A stretch of 64,000 nucleotides of DNA. Source: Candidatus Falkowbacteria bacterium (GTDB lineage: Bacteria; Patescibacteriota; Patescibacteriia; UBA11705; JABHMO01). This document shows positions 58,220-64,000 of the stretch, piece after piece (position 1 is the first letter of the stretch; every line of letters begins with the position of its first letter). The notes beneath the pieces are model-generated. The model saw only the letters and a program-made list of their open reading frames with translations, was not told the DNA's origin and did no database searches. Where the stretch lies: assembly GCA_018674305.1 (NCBI GenBank), contig JABHAL010000002.1, positions 1,286 to 65,285 on the forward strand. The letters run 5' to 3'. The translations under genes and the position numbers were made by a program.

Positions 58220-59437
58220 CTAATCCTGCAAGCGAAATCCACCAACTTTATTACGCAAGCGATTGAGTTTCAATAAAAATGCAGGTTTAATAGTTAATTC
58301 CCCATAGCGATCATTAATTTCATCAAGATATGGTAAAAGTTTTTTTTGTTGACGATCTTTTGAGAATAACGGCAACTGTTGGTAATCTTTTACTAAATTA
58401 CTAACATGAATTCCAAGTAAACGTACAGCATTGGGAAATTTGAAATTTGAAATCTTCTTTTTTCCAAGTTCATAAAACCGAAAACTATCATTCAAATAAC
58501 CTGGAAAAGTTTTACGTACTCCACCGTGAGTAAAATCAGCATACCTCCAATAAACAACTATTGTCTTACCAGCCAAATTATTACGACGCAGTTCACGGCC
58601 GGTCTTTTCACATAGATGCAGTAATACAGTGAGTATCTCAGTTTTATCAAATGTGTTCTTAGCTAAAGTATATGACCGGCCAACAGATTTTGCTTCTGCT
58701 TGTTGTAAATAAGAGGTGACTGGCTCGTTATCTTCACCCCACGACATGTTCTGAAGTTTCTCACCATAAAAAGGACCGAAAATCCTGCATAGTTCCGCCT
58801 TTGGATATTCTCTAAGCTTGCTAACAGTATCAACACCTAAATCACTCAAATGCTTTTTTATCCGCCTACCAATACCACAAAAATCATCTAATTCAATATT
58901 GCTCAAAACTGCCTCTTTATTTTGATCATTAATAAAAAACAAACCATCTGGCTTGTCTAATCCTGAGGCTAATTTAGCCAATAATTTATTTTTCGCAACA
59001 CCTACTGAACAAGTAACCCACTCCCCTAACTCGGCCTTAATTTGGGCTTTGATTCTCCTAGCTGAACAACTTATTTGTTCAGCATCTTTGCAATAACCAG
59101 TCATATCCAAAAAGGCTTCATCAATACTAAAAACCTCTACTTTTTCAGTATACTGCTTGAATATTTCTATCATTTTCCTAGAAGCGTTTTCGTACTTTAA
59201 TCCATCTGGTTCTACAAAAATAAGAGCCTTACAAAGAGCCTTAGCCTCAAATGGCAACATGCCCGTTTTGATCCCCAACTTCTTAGCCTCCACAGATGAA
59301 GCTACAATTACGCTCCGCGAACCTTCCTTGCCAGAAACAACGATCGGCCTACCGCGAAGGTATGGCCGGGCTTGCTGTTCAATGGTGGCAAAAAACGAAT
59401 CCATGTCTATGTGAAAAATTGTTCTCTCAATTATCAT
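58220..59437 (-). CDS. dinB: DNA polymerase IV (Y-family)
   Basis: MIIERTIFHIDMDSFFATIE... palm motif; 405 aa. Confidence 0.85.
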   Translation of the reverse strand: MIIERTIFHIDMDSFFATIEQQARPYLRGRPIVVSGKEGSRSVIVASSVEAKKLGIKTGMLPFEAKALCKALIFVEPDGLKYENASRKMIEIFKQYTEKVEVFSIDEAFLDMTGYCKDAEQISCSARRIKAQIKAELGEWVTCSVGVAKNKLLAKLASGLDKPDGLFFINDQNKEAVLSNIELDDFCGIGRRIKKHLSDLGVDTVSKLREYPKAELCRIFGPFYGEKLQNMSWGEDNEPVTSYLQQAEAKSVGRSYTLAKNTFDKTEILTVLLHLCEKTGRELRRNNLAGKTIVVYWRYADFTHGGVRKTFPGYLNDSFRFYELGKKKISNFKFPNAVRLLGIHVSNLVKDYQQLPLFSKDRQQKKLLPYLDEINDRYGELTIKPAFLLKLNRLRNKVGGFRLQD

Positions 59438-59675
59438 AGTATGCTTCTGATAATAACCATTTATTACTTTCTGTATTGAAACACAATTTGAAATAATTCC
59501 CGTTCGAACTTACTGAATAATAATAAACCTTGTCCCGGCCGATTCTTTCGCTATTAACCAAATTCACTTTATTTATTGAATGTTTTTTATTATTCCAAGA
59601 AAAAGAAAGCGGCATCACCCGATCCCGCATAAAAGCAACTAAAACTTCGATTTGTTGATTGATTTGTTCTAACAT
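59427..59675 (-). CDS. small protein translationally coupled to dinB, possibly YolD-like
   Basis: 82-aa ORF overlapping the dinB start by 11 nt. YolD-like genes often precede Y-family polymerases. Confidence 0.3.
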   Translation of the reverse strand: MLEQINQQIEVLVAFMRDRVMPLSFSWNNKKHSINKVNLVNSERIGRDKVYYYSVSSNGNYFKLCFNTESNKWLLSEAYYDN

Positions 59676-60172
59676 ATCATCATTCTAAACTACCCGATAA
59701 ACTTCACCAAGTTTTAAAAGGAAAATCAGGTAGTATTTTTTTATTCCGACAATCTCTTTAGAAATTTTAAAATTGATTTCTTGATATCTTCAGTATTCAT
59801 ACAAATAATAAGGCTAAACAAAGCTAGACACGGCAATAAGGCTCCACTGCCAAAGACTAACCAAGTTTAAAGATTAATCTTAATAATTAATTCTGGAGTT
59901 AAAGGGATGTAGGTTGGTGTCATAAAAATAATAGGGCTAAACAAGGCTAGATAGGGCAACAAAATTCAATTACAATTTGTTCTCCAAATTTAAACCTTGA
60001 ATCATTAGTTTATAATAGTACTCGATTAAACATTAATTGTTAAATCCTGCCACAGGGCAACTACTGTACGATAAGCTTTTTTCATTTTTCTTTTATGCAT
60101 ATTTTTGAAAGGTGGAGGAGAGTTAAATATCCCATGCTTATAAAATATCTAACCCTCTCTCCTTATGACTTA

Positions 60173-60637
60173 TTATTTTAAATAAATTACTTTACCAATT
60201 GGCATACGATCATGTCCAGTATATTCCATAAAAACACTGCTTGCCTTAGTTGTCATCATGTACACTCGCGTAATGTTGTGGTGACGAACTTTTATTGCTT
60301 TCAGCCCTTCCGGAGTTTTGAACCATTTTTTCTTTTCATAGCCCATTACACTAGGAACAGTCACCACCTTTGGTGCTAGCCAGTCCCAACGGCCATCTTG
60401 AAGTGATTCTTGCTTAGCCCAACCTGTCTTCGGTAGCTTCAACAGACTATCTCGATTACCCCAATGATATAGCTTCACTCCATCATCTTCTTCTACTGGT
60501 AAAAATGGTTTATCTTGCCAAAAGAATGATTGCACTAACCTGCCCTTGCGCTGTTTTTCAAACTCTTTGCTCGTAAAAAATTGTTCTAGCTCTACAGGGT
60601 TAATCTTATCAATATAAAATGAAATTCCTGCACACAT
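60173..60637 (-). CDS. SRAP (SOS-response-associated peptidase / DUF159)-like protein, short form
   Basis: Starts MCAG (compare canonical MCGR) and carries a C-terminal GHDRMPIG motif (compare HDRRP). Adjacent to lexA. Confidence 0.4.
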   Translation of the reverse strand: MCAGISFYIDKINPVELEQFFTSKEFEKQRKGRLVQSFFWQDKPFLPVEEDDGVKLYHWGNRDSLLKLPKTGWAKQESLQDGRWDWLAPKVVTVPSVMGYEKKKWFKTPEGLKAIKVRHHNITRVYMMTTKASSVFMEYTGHDRMPIGKVIYLK

Positions 60638-60730
60638 AAAATAAGTAATTGGTAATTAGTCCCGATAAATCAGCAAAGCTGATTATCGGGATCCCTCCTT
60701 CCGTCGGGATAATGAGTAACTTGTAATAAC

Positions 60731-61333
60731 CTAGGCGAATTTACGAATAATGGCTCTAACTACTCCACGAATTGCAACATCTTTGCAATAAATAGGTTTC
60801 ATGGTAGCATTTGCTGGTTGTAGTCGAATCCGATTAGTTTCTCGATAAAATTTCTTTAGAGTAGCAAAAGCATTATTCAAAAGAGCTACTACCACGTCTC
60901 CATTTCTTGGAGAATGATTTCTTTCAACAACTACGAAATCACCGTCCAAAATTCCTTCTTCAATCATCGACTCCCCGCTGACTTTTAAGACAAATGCATT
61001 CTCATCTGGAACTAAATCTGCTGGGACTGCCATAGTTTCATGATCTTCGACAGCTTCAATTGGTTGACCAGCGGTAATTAGTCCAACTAGTGGTAATTCA
61101 ATTGACTTACTGAGTTGCATAACTTTTGATGTCAATCCAATCCCCCTTGGTGTATCAGAACTTAAATCTAGATATCCCTTACTTTTCAATGTCTGTAAAT
61201 GTTGATGTACAGTCGCTGGAGAGGATAACCCCATACCTTCGGCAATCTCTCTATAACTTGGTGAATAATCATAGTCTTGCATGAAACTTTTCACGAAGTT
61301 AAGTATTTCTGATTGTCTCTTAGTTAAAGTCAT
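60731..61333 (-). CDS. lexA: LexA repressor (S24 peptidase)
   Basis: N-terminal winged HTH (SYREIAEGMGLSSPATVHQHLQTLKSKGYL), an AG cleavage region, the catalytic Ser in VSGESMIE and Lys in ATLKKF. Confidence 0.85.
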   Translation of the reverse strand: MTLTKRQSEILNFVKSFMQDYDYSPSYREIAEGMGLSSPATVHQHLQTLKSKGYLDLSSDTPRGIGLTSKVMQLSKSIELPLVGLITAGQPIEAVEDHETMAVPADLVPDENAFVLKVSGESMIEEGILDGDFVVVERNHSPRNGDVVVALLNNAFATLKKFYRETNRIRLQPANATMKPIYCKDVAIRGVVRAIIRKFA

Positions 61334-61399
61334 ACGAGTTGATGTTTAATTTATAATTTCCAATTTTTCAATTTTCATTAAATTTGTAATTTTCAATTT

Positions 61400-61798
61400 T
61401 CAAACCTTTTTACCATCCAAAGAACTAGTTATCTTTTGAAAAATAAATACTAATTCTTGGACTTCATTTGCTAAATACTCTATTTTTTGTTTTCTACTAG
61501 AAACAGCCTTCTTCATCATACGTAACCAATGCTTTGTTTCCTGCGCTTCCTTTTTACAAATATAAATTTTATTACGAAAATCTTTTTTTGAACTAGCACC
61601 ATTTGCTTCCATATAATTCGCCCCAATAGAAGTTCCTGAACGAAGCAGCTGGTTCAATATTGGACGATTCATAAAACATTGTTGTATATTCTGGCACAAA
61701 TCAATAATATCCTCGCCGAACTTGGCAGTTCTTTCTTCTAAATCATATTTATTATTTTTTTTGTTATTATCAGTAATCATATTTGAAAATTTTATCAT
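61400..61798 (-). CDS. four-helix-bundle protein (TIGR02436 family), second copy
   Basis: YDLEERTAKFGEDIIDLC...LLRSGTSIGANYMEANGASSKKDFRNKIYICKKEAQETKHWLRM is the family signature. Confidence 0.7.
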   Translation of the reverse strand: MIKFSNMITDNNKKNNKYDLEERTAKFGEDIIDLCQNIQQCFMNRPILNQLLRSGTSIGANYMEANGASSKKDFRNKIYICKKEAQETKHWLRMMKKAVSSRKQKIEYLANEVQELVFIFQKITSSLDGKKV

Positions 61799-61929
61799 TG
61801 AAAATTTACTGTAAATTAGAAATTGTAAATTGAAAATTTTATTTTATAGTTCGGTTTCTGTTCGCATCTACTACCATTATACCGAACAGAAACCGAACGT
61901 CAATGATTAGCTGTGGATAACTTTTAAAA

Positions 61930-61992
61930 ACAAAAAAAGCCCCAGAAGTACATACTCATAACACTCGTATGACTTCAGGGCAAGCCTTTTAT
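61930..61992 (-). terminator. rho-independent terminator after the 61996..62274 gene
   Basis: gccctgaagtcatacgagtgttatgagtatgtacttctggggc followed by TTTTTTT on the minus strand. Confidence 0.5.
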
Positions 61993-61995
61993 ATC

Positions 61996-62274
61996 TTAAT
62001 CGTCTAATTTATCAAATACATCTTTTTCAGTAGAAATAAACTTGTTCCATTCAGCCTCCGTTTTTCCTTGTTGAAGAAAATCTTTTTTGATCTGAAAGCA
62101 TTTACAAAAATTTTCAAACAAACCAGGAAATCGCTCCAGCAAATCCATAATCTTAGAAAACTGTGGTTGCTCAGCAATAGAATTAAAAAATTGTCGCATT
62201 AATTCCTGCGAACGATTATCAAGTTCGGATTTTGTTAACAAAGATTCAACTTTGTTTACTTGATCATCATTCAT
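61996..62274 (-). CDS. hypothetical helical protein
   Basis: 92-aa ORF. It is preceded by a possible 55-aa ORF (62277..62444) with a 2-nt gap. Confidence 0.35.
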   Translation of the reverse strand: MNDDQVNKVESLLTKSELDNRSQELMRQFFNSIAEQPQFSKIMDLLERFPGLFENFCKCFQIKKDFLQQGKTEAEWNKFISTEKDVFDKLDD

Positions 62275-62679
62275 AATTATTCAATATTATCCATTAAAAA
62301 ATTTGAACTTCCTGTGAATAAAGCTTTGGCCAACTCTTGTTCTTCTGCCGTTAAGTTCCCCAAAACACCCGCCAACTCTTTAGCTGGGAATTCTGTTTCA
62401 GTTCTAGGTTGTTCGGCATTAAATTTAAACATATTCTCTTTCATTAATCATTATACATAAAATCCATAAGCATGGCAATCATCTAATATTAACAAAATAA
62501 AACATAGCTGTCAATACTACAAATTAATGACCAATATATCAATTCTCCAAATAACAATCAATGACCAATTTTCAATAACCAAACCCAACAATTAATTTTC
62601 CCTTAATACACCCCGTTATCCCCATGAATTTAGAAATAAAAACCCCTCACTTTCTTTGAAAGTGAGGGGTGTGTTTTAA

Positions 62680-63948
62680 TTACTCAGTCTTATCCAATTC
62701 TGCTGCTGCGTCTGCAGCATCGCCCTTGGGCAAGAACCTAGCCAATGCTGGCAAGACCTTGGCTGCGTCGCCCAGGCCATCAACCAAACGATGCGCAATC
62801 GCCAATCCGGACTGACCTTCCAGAACAGCTAAATCACCAAATTCCTTGGCAACCATCTTGGCAACTTCCACATCACCCAAGCGATTGATAGCTGCAGCAA
62901 CATCGCCCTTCATGACCTCAGCAACCTTGACTGCGGCTTCAACCTTGGCGGCATGAATACGCTCAGCCAGTGCCTGTAGCTCGCCCTGGTACGCTACAGA
63001 TTGCTCCTGGTCTGCCTGCTTAATCAGCAGACGCTCTGCAGAAAGAAGCTTCTCCACTTCCAGATCTGACTGCTGAGCAACCAACTTTGCCTCAGTTAGA
63101 GCCAGCTCAGCTGTCTGACGATCCTTGCTTCGAGTAAGGTCAGCTTCCTGCTGTGTCCTCTTGAGATCAAGATCACGCTGTAACTCAGCCTTTCTCTTGG
63201 CAGCCTCAAACTCGCTACTGGCTTCAATCAGCTTGTGTTTGTGATCCTGCTCAGTTCCTGCCTGCTCACGAGCATGCTCAAGCTCTTCAGTACGCAGATG
63301 ACGCACTGCCTCAGCTTCACCACTGTCCTCAATGGTTTTTTCGTTCAACCTTTCCATCGAGGCGTCATGCTCAGCTTTTTCAGTTTCACGTACGGCAACT
63401 AACTCCTTTCGACTCAGCACCTGTAAGGCTTCAGTTGCCACGACTGTACGCTGCTTGCGTTCCAACTTCAGGTTTTGCTGAACAATGTCAAACCGCGCCT
63501 CATCCAGCATACGCTGGATTTCAGGATCAATAACTGTCACCTTGAGCAGGTCGACATCGTAGATACGCATGTTGTTCTCATCAAAGAACATTCCCTTGCG
63601 ATCTTCACCGTCAACCTTTTTGCCCAGAATGGCGTCACGGATAATCTCCGTGTAACCAGCTTCAAATTCCGAAATGGTAAAGCCCTTGGCTACACCCTTG
63701 ATCACGCTACGTACGTGATCACACAGGAATTTAACATAGTTGTCAACTGCAAACCACTTGATCTGATCCTCAGGGTCTTCAGCTTCGAAATTTACTCGAT
63801 AACTAAGTTTCATGCTGGCTCTCACCAGATCACTGGTCACGACCTCAATGATGTCGCTAACCTTGTTGCCATGAATACATAGATACACAGTTGGCAACAG
63901 CCTATCCGTAGTCTTGGGCTTCCCCATAGACAAAGCCATATGCTCCAA
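62680..63948 (-). CDS. GC-rich coiled-coil protein with an SPFH/band-7 or major-vault-like N-region; the start may lie beyond the window
   Basis: 422-aa ORF at ~50% GC with a long E/A/K/R-rich helical C-terminal half. The codon at 63946-63948 is TTG rather than ATG, so the N-terminus is uncertain and the gene is possibly partial. Confidence 0.35.
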   Translation of the reverse strand: MEHMALSMGKPKTTDRLLPTVYLCIHGNKVSDIIEVVTSDLVRASMKLSYRVNFEAEDPEDQIKWFAVDNYVKFLCDHVRSVIKGVAKGFTISEFEAGYTEIIRDAILGKKVDGEDRKGMFFDENNMRIYDVDLLKVTVIDPEIQRMLDEARFDIVQQNLKLERKQRTVVATEALQVLSRKELVAVRETEKAEHDASMERLNEKTIEDSGEAEAVRHLRTEELEHAREQAGTEQDHKHKLIEASSEFEAAKRKAELQRDLDLKRTQQEADLTRSKDRQTAELALTEAKLVAQQSDLEVEKLLSAERLLIKQADQEQSVAYQGELQALAERIHAAKVEAAVKVAEVMKGDVAAAINRLGDVEVAKMVAKEFGDLAVLEGQSGLAIAHRLVDGLGDAAKVLPALARFLPKGDAADAAAELDKTE

Positions 63949-64000
63949 CTCTTCATCGTATTCCAGAGTAATTGAAGCTGGGCCAACAACAACTCTACTC

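Noticed and set aside
59803-59956. Possible CRISPR array (two ~32-nt direct repeats)
   Set aside because: Only two copies, and those are imperfect (~85%). They are unequal and the spacer is long. No cas genes are present anywhere in the window.
60731-61399. Canonical LexA (Cheo or E. coli-type) box upstream of lexA or dinB
   Set aside because: No GAAC-N4-GTTC or CTGT-N8-ACAG match was found. Only AT-rich direct repeats are present, and these are reported as a candidate operator instead.
62277-62444. 55-aa minus-strand ORF (MKENMFKFNAEQPRTETEFPAKELAGVLGNLTAEEQELAKALFTGSSNFLMDNIE) upstream of 61996..62274
   Set aside because: Plausibly real: it has a 2-nt gap to the next gene. It lacks a Shine-Dalgarno and any recognisable motif, so it is kept out of the confident feature list.

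Overview
Low-GC (~33%), gene-dense window, mostly coded on the minus strand. The gene content looks like a Candidate Phyla Radiation / Patescibacteria-type bacterium: UGA and UAA both act as stops (standard code), and there is a minimal core set. Core genes are lysS, greA, mreBCD-mrdA, proS, a UvrD-like helicase fused to a Cas4/RecB-like nuclease, a complete F1Fo ATP synthase operon, tatD, metG, rsmI, mltG, uppP, mutM, two tandem iPGMs, eno, pgk, a group-3b-like [NiFe] hydrogenase operon, dinB, lexA and SRAP. Beyond the housekeeping set, seven things stand out. (1) A cassette-like locus at 45.4-52.2 kb encodes four surface-anchored proteins. Each has its own promoter and terminator, some of them reiterated, and all share a ~150-aa helical domain fused to variable beta-propeller modules. 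(2) Three tandem paralogs with near-identical 5' ends and divergent C-termini sit in one operon with the helicase-nuclease (12.4-18.4 kb). (3) Several GC-rich (~45-50%) islets interrupt the AT-rich background. They include a secreted beta-barrel-like protein driven by a consensus extended -10 promoter, a Zn-ribbon pair, one of two tandem beta-carbonic anhydrases, and a coiled-coil/SPFH-like gene. (4) Three noncoding regions look like structured or small-RNA loci: 488-753, 1150-1510 and 31.55-32.15 kb. Two of them are driven by the same consensus TTGACA-17-TGnTATAAT promoter. (5) A HypA-like nickel chaperone lacks the zinc module. The hydrogenase operon also carries inserted genes: a PLP enzyme, a four-helix-bundle 'IVS' protein and a PH-domain membrane protein. 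(6) A GxxExxY-family gene is disrupted by an in-frame TAA. (7) There is a 28-codon ORF with 10 Cys codons, and a dispersed intergenic GTAAAG-type repeat. No rRNA, tRNA or CRISPR array was recognised.
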